DNA of 42,634 nt from Bdellovibrionota bacterium (GTDB taxonomy: Bacteria > JAGRBM01). The notes beneath the pieces were generated by a model. That model saw only the letters and a program-made list of their open reading frames with translations, ran no database searches and was not told the DNA's origin. The stretch covers positions 1-42,634 of the forward strand of contig JBFLVN010000002.1 of NCBI GenBank assembly GCA_040758475.1. Direction: 5' to 3'. This document shows, in pieces, positions 1 through 7,505 of the stretch (within the stretch, counting starts at the first letter, position 1; the number at the start of each line of letters is the position of its first letter). The translations under genes were made by a program, and so were the position numbers.

Positions 1-1
1 C

Positions 2-1522
2 ATGGAGTACATCCCGGAATTCGCGGACCGGAAATTTGGCCGCAAGAAATACGAGTACTTGCTGCCCGAACTCCGGGAAATTCTGGAACCCACCAACGGG
101 ATCATCGTCTATCAGGAGCAGATCATTCAGATCGCCTCCAGGGTGGCGGGTTTTACTCTCGCGGAAGCCGATGATTTCCGCCGTGCCGTCGGAAAAAAGA
201 AAGCCGACCTCATCAAGGCCCAGCGCGAGAAATTCATTGCGGGCGCGGTCAAGCGCGGCCACGCCCAGAGAAAACTCGAACAGCTCTTCGACGACATCGA
301 GAAATTCGCAAACTATGGCTTCAACAAGTCGCATTCCGTTGCCTACGCCTTCGTCACCTATCAAACGGCTTTCCTGAAGACCCATTACCCGCGGGAGTTC
401 ATGGCGGCGCTCCTCACGAGCGAAATGGACGACACCGACAAGGTGCTCAAGAATTTGAACGAGTGCCGGCAGATGGGAATTCCCGTCGATCCGCCGGACG
501 TCAATCAGTCGGCCGTCGATTTCGTGGTGGCGGGAGAGAAAATTCTTTTCGGCCTTAAAGCGATCAAGGGGATCGGGGAATCGGCGATCGAAGCGATCCT
601 GGAAGCCCGCAAGAATATCGGAAAATTCACGGGCCTCTACGAGTTCTGCCAGCACGTGGACCTGCGGCGCGTGAACCGGAAGGTGATCGAGGCACTCATC
701 AAATCCGGCGCTTTCAATTCTTTCGGGGCGCCGCGGGCGAAACTCTTCGCGGCGCTCGAAAAAGCGATCGAGACGGGGCAGGCCGCCCAGCGCGACCGGC
801 AGTCGGGCCAGACCTCCCTCTTCGGCGCCTTCCAGGCCGCTTCGGGGACCCAGGCCGAGGTCTATCCGGACGTCCCCGAATGGCCCAAGAATGAACTCCT
901 TCAATACGAGCGCGAGTGCCTGGGTTTCTACGTGACGGAGCACCCGCTTTCTTCCTACGCGGACGCGCTTGCGCCCTACACGACCCACGACACCCGCAGC
1001 GTCCTCGAACTCCCGGACGGCGTGGAAGTGCGCCTGGGGATTCTGGCAGGGGCCGTCACCGAACGGCGGAACAAACAGGGGCGGCTCTTTGCCAAGGTCC
1101 AGGCGGAAGATGAGAAGGGGTTCCTCGGGGTCTTCGTCAACGCCGATCTTTACGAAAAATATGCCCCCATTTTGAACTCCAAAGAGCCCCTCGTCCTGTG
1201 CGGCAATACCTCCCGCGATCCCATTTCGGACGCCGTCGAAGTCCGGGCGAGGGAATTCATCCCGCTTTCCACCGCCCGGGAGAAATTATCCCGCCGCTTC
1301 GATATCCGGATCGACACCCGCATGGCCGACCCCGGCGTCGTGGACAAACTCCACGCCGCGCTCGCCAAGTCCCGCGGCAAGTGCCAGACGACGATCGTCC
1401 TCGTCCTTCCCGATGGCCGGAACGAAATGGTCCTTCGCCTTGAACAGCGCATTTCTCCTTCCGCCGACCTCATTAAGGAAATCCGCTCCCTCTCGCGGGG
1501 TATCAGCCTCGCGGCGGTGTGA
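2..1522 (+). CDS. dnaE: DNA polymerase III alpha subunit, C-terminal ~506 aa (5' end cut by window edge)
   Basis: The ORF is open to the window start. The motif NYGFNKSHSVAYAFVTYQTAFLKTHYPREFMAALLTSEMDD is typical of DnaE and is followed by an OB-fold-like C-terminal region. Stop TGA at 1520-1522. Confidence 0.95.
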   Translation: MEYIPEFADRKFGRKKYEYLLPELREILEPTNGIIVYQEQIIQIASRVAGFTLAEADDFRRAVGKKKADLIKAQREKFIAGAVKRGHAQRKLEQLFDDIEKFANYGFNKSHSVAYAFVTYQTAFLKTHYPREFMAALLTSEMDDTDKVLKNLNECRQMGIPVDPPDVNQSAVDFVVAGEKILFGLKAIKGIGESAIEAILEARKNIGKFTGLYEFCQHVDLRRVNRKVIEALIKSGAFNSFGAPRAKLFAALEKAIETGQAAQRDRQSGQTSLFGAFQAASGTQAEVYPDVPEWPKNELLQYERECLGFYVTEHPLSSYADALAPYTTHDTRSVLELPDGVEVRLGILAGAVTERRNKQGRLFAKVQAEDEKGFLGVFVNADLYEKYAPILNSKEPLVLCGNTSRDPISDAVEVRAREFIPLSTAREKLSRRFDIRIDTRMADPGVVDKLHAALAKSRGKCQTTIVLVLPDGRNEMVLRLEQRISPSADLIKEIRSLSRGISLAAV

Positions 1523-1680
1523 TTCCATTCGGGCGTTTTACCCGTTGTTTTCCAGCCGTGACGGTGGTCACAGGTTTCCAGGCCGGGGGGCCGGTACCCT
1601 GTCCGGAAGGCCAAGTTCCTTGCCGTAGACGCCTGCGTGCGCCTCCAGCTAGGATCGCCTGCGTTTCCAGCGTGGCGGGG

Positions 1681-3126
1681 ATGGGAGATTTCAAGAAGAT
1701 GGAACGGATTCGTTTCGTCGCTATCAGCGCATTTCTTTTGCTTTCCCTTTCCCTTCCGGCCCGGGCCCAGGATGCCGTCGAGCGGATGGACAAGGGCCTG
1801 ATCAACTGGGGCCAGGGGTACGTGGAGGCGAGCGGTTCGGGGGCGCCCCCGTCCAACGCTCCGAACATGGCCGTGGCCCGCATCAGTGCCGAGCGGGCCG
1901 CCAAGGTCGATGCCCTTCGCAACCTCCTTGAAACCGTCAAAGGCGTCCGCGTCGATTCGGAAACCACGGTCGAAAATTTCACGACAACCTCGGACACCAT
2001 CCGCACCCGGGTCGAAGGGATCGTCAAAGGGGCCCAGCAGATCGACAAGAAATACCTGGGCGACGGGGCAGTCGAAGTGACGCTCCGGATGCCGCTCACG
2101 GGCGACCTCTCCCAGGTGATGCTCGAACAGGTCGTGCAGAAGGCCCCCCAGCCCGGCCAACGCGTCCAGGGATTTTCCCCTTATAGCGGCATGGGGGCGG
2201 GGTCTTACGAATCCGTTCTCAAGGACCTCCAGCGCAAACGCGAAGAAGAAGACCGGCGCCGCAGGGAAGCTGATGTCGAACTCCGCCAACTCGAAGCCGA
2301 GCGCCGGGCGGCCGAAAAAGCCAGAAAAGAAGCCGAAGAAGCCCGCAAGCAGGAAGAAGCGCGGTTCAAGAAGTTGAAGGACGATGAAGAGCGTGCCGCA
2401 GCCGAAGCGGTCCTCGCTGAGAAGAGGAAGAAAGAGGAAGAAGAACGCCAGCGCCTCGCCCAGATCGAGGAAGAGCGCCGGCAGGCGGAGATGGAAAAAG
2501 AGAAGGCCGAGACCGAGAAGAAACGGCTCGCCGACTTGATCGAGGAGCAAAAGCGCGCTCAGCAAACGGCGGCGGCGAAAGTCCCATCCGAGCCAGTGGC
2601 GTCCGCTGCCGCTGCTCCTGCGGGAAGCGCCGCTTCGGGCCCTCCCGCTTCCGCGTCCAGCGCTCCGGCAGGGGGCGGCGGCGGTGCCGCGGCCGCGGGG
2701 GCAGTGGTTCCCGTCAAATCTTCCGGGGGCAACACCGTGACGGCCATGAACGCCCAGGACCAGAAGGTCGATCCCGCCCAGGCCCACGGCTGGACGGGGC
2801 TCATCATCGACGCGCGGAGTTTGGGTCTTAAGCCTTCCCTTGTTCCCGAGCTTTTGGCCGATGACGGGACGCTCGTATACGGCGCCAAGAGCGTCGAATT
2901 CGACGACGCGGTGAAAAAGGGGCTCGTGGGATACGCCCGCGACGTGAAAGCCGCCATCAAGCACCTTCGCGTGACGGACGATCCCATCCTCGTCAAAGGC
3001 GTCAAAGCCTACGGCGCCAAGAACTCCGATGTCATTCTGCATACCGGTGATGCAAAGGTGATTGGACAGACCGACACCGGAAACGGTTATTTGAAAAAGA
3101 GCCGGGTGATGATCGTCTACGATTGA
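1681..3126 (+). CDS. Secreted LPP20/FlgP-like domain protein, long form (signal peptide, LPP20-like N-domain, E/R/K-rich helix, Ala/Gly/Ser/Pro linker, unassigned C-domain)
   Basis: Track ORF 1519..3126 is trimmed to ATG 1681 (alternative ATG 1699), which yields a Sec signal FVAISAFLLLSLSLPARA|QD. The N-domain NMAVARISAERAAKVDALRNLLETVKGVRVDSETTVENF..IRTRVEGIVKG resembles the LPP20 lipoprotein family. It is a clear paralog of 5324..6175 at both ends. Confidence 0.75.
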   Translation: MGDFKKMERIRFVAISAFLLLSLSLPARAQDAVERMDKGLINWGQGYVEASGSGAPPSNAPNMAVARISAERAAKVDALRNLLETVKGVRVDSETTVENFTTTSDTIRTRVEGIVKGAQQIDKKYLGDGAVEVTLRMPLTGDLSQVMLEQVVQKAPQPGQRVQGFSPYSGMGAGSYESVLKDLQRKREEEDRRRREADVELRQLEAERRAAEKARKEAEEARKQEEARFKKLKDDEERAAAEAVLAEKRKKEEEERQRLAQIEEERRQAEMEKEKAETEKKRLADLIEEQKRAQQTAAAKVPSEPVASAAAAPAGSAASGPPASASSAPAGGGGGAAAAGAVVPVKSSGGNTVTAMNAQDQKVDPAQAHGWTGLIIDARSLGLKPSLVPELLADDGTLVYGAKSVEFDDAVKKGLVGYARDVKAAIKHLRVTDDPILVKGVKAYGAKNSDVILHTGDAKVIGQTDTGNGYLKKSRVMIVYD

Positions 3127-3165
3127 TCGGTGGGGATTTAAGGGGTTCGAAGGGAGCGGGTTTTC

Positions 3166-5064
3166 ATGTCGTTCCGGCTGAAGCGGGAAAAACTTTTCGC
3201 GTTGGCCCTGGTAATGGGCATGGTACTGGCCGCCGCGCCGGCCGCCCGGGCCGAAACCGAAGTCCTTACCGGTTCCCACCGGGTCGTCTACGACATCATC
3301 AATCCCCTCGGTGTCGAGCGGATCGTCAACTACAAGAACAACGGTTACGAAATCCGCGTGCTCGAAGAGCCCGACGAATATTCCAAGCGTGTCCTCGTAG
3401 AAGTCCAGATGACACCGCTCGGTTCCAAGGAGCCATATCCGATCAAAGCCGGGCGTCTTCCCCCCGATTACAAATCGAAATTCCTGGGGCCCGAGAAGAT
3501 GATCCAGGTGGGCCACCCCGACATCACGGCGTTGGCCCGGAAGCTCTCGGCGGGCAAACCGACGGTGGCGGAGGTCTACGAAGCCATCGCCAACCACCTT
3601 CGCGACTACATTACTTACGATGCTTCTCCCCAAGTGCAGCAGGACGCACTAAACGTCCTGCGCACGGCGCGGGGTTCGTGCGTGGGGTTTACGACCCTCT
3701 CCATCGCCCTTCTTCGGTCTGCCGGGATTCCGGCCCGCTACGCCCACGGGTATCTCCCGCCGGGCTACGAGTGGGGCATCACGCAGGACTATTGGGGAGT
3801 GAAAACTTCTGGCGGCGGCTATCACGCCTGGCTCGAACTCTATTACCCGGACGCCGGGTGGACGTTTTCCGACGGGGAATACTCGAAGAACTTCGTCGAT
3901 CCCTACCACATCCTCCGGTACACGGACGGGATCATCGATCCGCCTCCCCGTGGCGATGCGACTCTCGACGTGGACAAGGGAACGACTTTCACCCTCTTTG
4001 AGGAGACGAACGTCTCCCATCCCATCGATGGATACGCCGAGCCTCAGAAAACCATCCTCGGCCGGCAGATCGGTGCCCAACGGGCGGCGGTCGTTTACGG
4101 AAAGGTGCTCGATGAAGAGGGCAAGCCCATCGAAAAGGGCGAGGTGATCCGATGGGAAGGCAAGCGCGGCACGGTGACTTCTTTCAATCGCGCGAGTTAC
4201 GCCGTGGTGGGGCTTTCCGCGGGGCCCCGGAAGATCACGATCAAGGCGCCAGGCTACGTCCCCGAGAACCTGGAACTCACGCTTGCTGAGCGGCAGGCGC
4301 TGGAGAAAGACGTGCGTCTTGCCCGGGAAGGGGCCGTGCGCGGAAAAGTAACCGACGAAACGGGAAAGCCGGTCGAATCCGGCGAAGTGATCTGGTGGCA
4401 GGGGGATCGCGGAACGCCTCAGCCCTTTGAGAAGGGGAGTTTTGAATTCCTGGGCCTCCCGGCCGGGGAGCACCGCTTCACGATCCGCTCCCAGGGGTTC
4501 GTGGAGGAATCGTTTACGGTCAAGCTGGCGGCCCGCCAGACGGCGGACCGGGAGATAAAACTCCGGCGCGGGTTTTCCATCCGAGGCAAAATCCTCAACG
4601 ACATGGCGGCCGGGGTCCGGGATCAGGCCCGGATATTGCTCTCCAAGGACCAGAAATCCCTTGTGTACGAGCTTGCCGAAGACCGTTCATTCCTCATCGA
4701 AGGGATCGATCCCGGCGATTACGAAGTAAGCGTTGAGATTAAAGGATTTGAGAACAGAGACATCGCGGTCAAAGCCATTCCAGGGGAGACGCGCCAGCTC
4801 GATTTAAAGCTCGAACCAGCTGGCTGGATCGAAGGAAAGGTTGTTGACGGTAAGGGAATGCCCCTTGGGGGAGCCGCCGTCTATATAAAGAAGGGGAATT
4901 CCTGGGTTGGAACGCCCGCCCGGGAGGACGGAACGTTTGTTCTTTACGGTATCGCGAGCGGGAAGCATCAGCTCAAGGCCCGGCACAAACAATTGGGCGA
5001 GCAAAAAGCCGAAGCCGAAGTGCTAGGGCCCCAGGCGACGCAGTTAATAATTCGTTATCCATGA
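3166..5064 (+). CDS. Secreted transglutaminase-like cysteine protease-fold protein with about four carboxypeptidase-regulatory-like (CarboxypepD_reg) beta-sandwich repeats
   Basis: GGGAG RBS lies before ATG 3166 and the signal peptide is LALVMGMVLAAAPAARA|E. The transglutaminase core has Cys in ARGSCVGFT, then GIPARYAHGY, His in GGYHAWLELYYPDAGW and Asp in TFSDGE. Repeats start at GKVLDEEGKPIEKGEVI, GKVTDETGKPVESGEVI, GKILND and GKVVDGKGMPLGGAAVYI. Confidence 0.85.
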   Translation: MSFRLKREKLFALALVMGMVLAAAPAARAETEVLTGSHRVVYDIINPLGVERIVNYKNNGYEIRVLEEPDEYSKRVLVEVQMTPLGSKEPYPIKAGRLPPDYKSKFLGPEKMIQVGHPDITALARKLSAGKPTVAEVYEAIANHLRDYITYDASPQVQQDALNVLRTARGSCVGFTTLSIALLRSAGIPARYAHGYLPPGYEWGITQDYWGVKTSGGGYHAWLELYYPDAGWTFSDGEYSKNFVDPYHILRYTDGIIDPPPRGDATLDVDKGTTFTLFEETNVSHPIDGYAEPQKTILGRQIGAQRAAVVYGKVLDEEGKPIEKGEVIRWEGKRGTVTSFNRASYAVVGLSAGPRKITIKAPGYVPENLELTLAERQALEKDVRLAREGAVRGKVTDETGKPVESGEVIWWQGDRGTPQPFEKGSFEFLGLPAGEHRFTIRSQGFVEESFTVKLAARQTADREIKLRRGFSIRGKILNDMAAGVRDQARILLSKDQKSLVYELAEDRSFLIEGIDPGDYEVSVEIKGFENRDIAVKAIPGETRQLDLKLEPAGWIEGKVVDGKGMPLGGAAVYIKKGNSWVGTPAREDGTFVLYGIASGKHQLKARHKQLGEQKAEAEVLGPQATQLIIRYP

Positions 5065-5132
5065 GGCCAAGGGGCTGGGGAACGAGGGATTTGTGCGAAC
5101 TTTTGGGCATGTTTCCGGGAACCGGGGGCTTG

Positions 5133-5161
5133 TTGACAGGCTTGCACCCCCCACGTATGGT
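5133..5161 (+). promoter_or_regulatory. Candidate sigma70-type promoter (TTGACA-17 nt-TATGGT)
   Basis: TTGACA at 5133-5138, an exact 17-nt spacer, and TATGGT at 5156-5161. It sits in the 259-bp gap upstream of the gene starting at 5324 and would give a leader of roughly 155 nt. Confidence 0.4.
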
Positions 5162-5244
5162 ACGGCTTACCGGGGATACGAGTGGGCTTGTGGTTTTAGC
5201 CCTTTTAACCATTTAAAGCGGTTTAAACGGCCGGCGGGACGTAG

Positions 5245-5260
5245 TGTGGTTTACGTCACA
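5245..5260. promoter_or_regulatory. CRP/FNR-type palindrome TGTGG-N6-TCACA
   Basis: TGTGGTTTACGTCACA matches 9 of 10 positions of TGTGA-N6-TCACA. It lies 64 nt upstream of ATG 5324, inside the predicted leader. Confidence 0.3.
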
Positions 5261-5323
5261 ACCGGCTATGGGGAAATCGTCTAAAACGTTACACGTCAGG
5301 AGTGCGGAAGGAGTTCCAAGCAT

Positions 5324-6175
5324 ATGTTTCGCAAGGCAGTGGTCGCATTGGCTCTGAGTGTCTTGTTGGCGCCCGCGGCGGCTTTCGCGCAGGGGAGTTT
5401 CTTCGGTGACGCCGGCGGGGCGTACGTCCAGCAGTCGGGTCCCGGCCAGCTCAACTGGCAGTCCATGAAGATGCGCGTATCGGGGCAGGGGGCTCCCAAT
5501 GCCAACGCGCCCAATATCGCGGTGGCGCGTCTTGGCGCCGAACGGGCCGCGAAAGCGGATGCCTTCCGCAACGCTCTTGAAACCATCCAGGGCGTTTACG
5601 TGAACTCCGAGTCCACCGTTCAGGATTTCATGCTCCAGAGCGACACGATCCGCACCCGGGTCGAGGGTGTACTCAAGGGTTTCCAGGTCGTCGACCGCAA
5701 GTACTTCAGCGACGGCGGCGTGGAAATCATCATCGAAGTTCCCGTGAGCGGCGAGATGGCTGCCGCCCTCATCGGCAACCAGCAGTTCGGCCAGGTTCCG
5801 GCCGCTCCGGCTCCGGGCGCGGCGGCTCCCCAGGGCCCCGTCTACACGGGCCTCATCATCGACGCCCGCGGCCTTGGCGCCAAACCCGCCATGAGCCCCA
5901 AGGTGGTCGATGAGCGTGGTTCCGAGGTCTACGGCTCGGCCATGGTGGGCCGGGAATTCGCCTTGGACCTGGGCGTGGTGGGTTACGCAAAGGATCTCGA
6001 AGCCGCCAAGACCAACGACCGGGTGGCCAACAACGCCCTCGTCGTGAAGGCCACCAAGGTTCAGGGCGCCAAGGGGACGGACCTCGTCCTCGGCCAGAGT
6101 GACGCGGACGGCATCCGCAACGCCTCCGAGAACCTCAGCTTTTTGTCCAAGTGCCGCGTGATCATTCTCCTGTAA
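5324..6175 (+). CDS. Secreted LPP20/FlgP-like domain protein, short form (same N- and C-domains as 1681..3126, short Pro/Ala linker)
   Basis: GGAAGGAG RBS lies 10 nt upstream and the signal peptide is LSVLLAPAAAFA|QG. NIAVARLGAERAAKADAFRNALETIQGVYVNSESTVQDF..IRTRVEGVLKG aligns with the long form. The C-domain TGLIIDARGLGAKPAMSPKVVDERGSEVYG aligns with TGLIIDARSLGLKPSLVPELLADDGTLVYG. Confidence 0.8.
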   Translation: MFRKAVVALALSVLLAPAAAFAQGSFFGDAGGAYVQQSGPGQLNWQSMKMRVSGQGAPNANAPNIAVARLGAERAAKADAFRNALETIQGVYVNSESTVQDFMLQSDTIRTRVEGVLKGFQVVDRKYFSDGGVEIIIEVPVSGEMAAALIGNQQFGQVPAAPAPGAAAPQGPVYTGLIIDARGLGAKPAMSPKVVDERGSEVYGSAMVGREFALDLGVVGYAKDLEAAKTNDRVANNALVVKATKVQGAKGTDLVLGQSDADGIRNASENLSFLSKCRVIILL

Positions 6176-6244
6176 CCAGGGAAACGGGATCATTGCGAAA
6201 AATTCCGAAGAGTCAGGAATGTGAAGGAGAAAGAGGAGACCATC

Positions 6245-7414
6245 ATGAATACGAAGATGAAATTCACGGCGATCGCGTCGAGCTTGCTGCTCGCCGCCGT
6301 TCTCGTCGGATGTCCCGGCAAGGCCCGCCAGAAGGAATCGGCGATGGATACGCCCGAGCATCATACCAAGGTGGGCGAGCGCCTTATGGCCGAGGAGAAG
6401 TGGGATGAAGCCACCCGCGAGTTCGAACTGGCGATCCAGCTCGATCCCAAGTTCGCCGCCGCTTACGTAGGACGGGGCCTCGTGAAGGCCGCCAAGAAGG
6501 AATGGAAGGGCGCCCAGGAAGACCTGGAAAAGGCCCTCGACGTGGCCAAGAGCAAGGGCGATAAGGCCGCGGCCCACACGGGCATGGTGCGGCTCCTTAC
6601 CGAACAGCGCCCCGACAAGGATTGGATCGAAGACGCTGAAGACCACTACGAGCAAGCCATCGATCTCGACGCCAAGTACTCGGCCGCCTATTACTACTTC
6701 GGCGTCGCCCAGAAGAAGGCCTTCAATTTCGAAAAGGCCGGCGACCTCTTCAAGAAGGTTCTCGACCTCAACACGGATTTCGTTCCCGAAGCGACGCGCG
6801 AGTGGCGCCTCGTCCAGGACATCCAGCTCGCCGCCCCCGGCTCCGAGATCGGCAAGCAGATCGCCCTGATCGACAAGCTCACCCGCGCCGACGCGGCGGC
6901 CCTCTTCATCGAAGAACTCAATCTCTCCAAGCTCTACAAAGTGCGCGGGAAGAAGCAGTTCGATACGTCCTTCAAGGCCCCCGACGCCCAGACCAAGATG
7001 CAGACCGAAACCATGGTCAAGATGGCGGAAGCGACCGACATCGCCAATCACGTCCTCAAGGCGGATATTGACGAGGCGCTCAAGATCGGCATCCGCGGCT
7101 TGGAAGCCTATCCGGACCACACCTTCAAGGCCGACGAGACGGTCGCCAAGGCCGAATACGCCGTGATGATCGAGGACATCCTCATCAAGATCACGGGCGA
7201 TCAGGACCTGGCCACCAAGTTCATTGGCGATACGAGCCCGTTCCCCGACGTACGCAACGACGCGCCGTACTTCAATGCGATCATGGTCTGCTCCTCGCGG
7301 CAGATTCTGGGCGCCAAAGACCTCTCGACCGGCGAGTTCGGGGCCAAGGACCCGATCACCGGCGCTTCGGCGCTGCTCGCGATCCGCAAGCTCAAAGAGG
7401 CCCTTCAGATTTGA
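6245..7414 (+). CDS. Lipoprotein with N-terminal TPR repeats and C-terminal SLH-like (S-layer homology-like) motifs
   Basis: Track ORF trimmed to ATG 6245 (GAAGGAGAAAGAGGAG upstream). Lipobox is LLAAVLVGC. TPR-like segments include WDEATREFELAIQLDPKFAAAYVGRGL and AEDHYEQAIDLDAKYSAAYYYFG. SLH-like segments are LTRADAAALFIEEL, PDHTFKADETVAKAEYAVMIEDIL and FPDVRNDAPYFNAIMVCSSRQILGA..FGAKDPITGASALLAI. Confidence 0.7.
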   Translation: MNTKMKFTAIASSLLLAAVLVGCPGKARQKESAMDTPEHHTKVGERLMAEEKWDEATREFELAIQLDPKFAAAYVGRGLVKAAKKEWKGAQEDLEKALDVAKSKGDKAAAHTGMVRLLTEQRPDKDWIEDAEDHYEQAIDLDAKYSAAYYYFGVAQKKAFNFEKAGDLFKKVLDLNTDFVPEATREWRLVQDIQLAAPGSEIGKQIALIDKLTRADAAALFIEELNLSKLYKVRGKKQFDTSFKAPDAQTKMQTETMVKMAEATDIANHVLKADIDEALKIGIRGLEAYPDHTFKADETVAKAEYAVMIEDILIKITGDQDLATKFIGDTSPFPDVRNDAPYFNAIMVCSSRQILGAKDLSTGEFGAKDPITGASALLAIRKLKEALQI

Positions 7415-7427
7415 TCGTTTGATTTGG

Positions 7428-7466
7428 ACGGCCCGGCGGCTCAAGGCCGCCGGGCCGTTTGTCTCT
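7428..7466 (+). terminator. Rho-independent terminator
   Basis: A perfect 13-bp GC-rich stem pairs ACGGCCCGGCGGC (7428-7440) with GCCGCCGGGCCGT (7446-7458) around loop TCAAG, followed by TTTGTCTCT. It starts 14 nt after the stop at 7414. Confidence 0.65.
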
Positions 7467-7505
7467 GCCCGGTTGTTACTGGTTTAGTGGTTGGGGGAGG
7501 TTCTC

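Noticed and set aside
1609-1623. Sigma54-like GG...TTGC element (GGCCAAGTTCCTTGC) upstream of the first LPP20-like gene
   Set aside because: The GG-to-GC spacing is one nucleotide longer than the TGGCAC-N5-TTGC consensus, and the flanking bases do not match. It is probably chance in GC-rich DNA.
1150-3633. 827-aa minus-strand ORF overlapping dnaE, the LPP20-like gene and the transglutaminase-like gene
   Set aside because: It is antisense to three plus-strand genes with clear family motifs. Its translation is low-complexity (Arg/Gly/Pro/Leu-rich) with no recognisable motif. Long stop-free antisense frames are expected in GC-rich DNA with strong GC3 bias.
5213-7444. 743-aa minus-strand ORF
   Set aside because: Same reasoning. 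It runs antisense across two well-supported plus-strand genes and their intergenic RBS, and its product has no motif or signal features.
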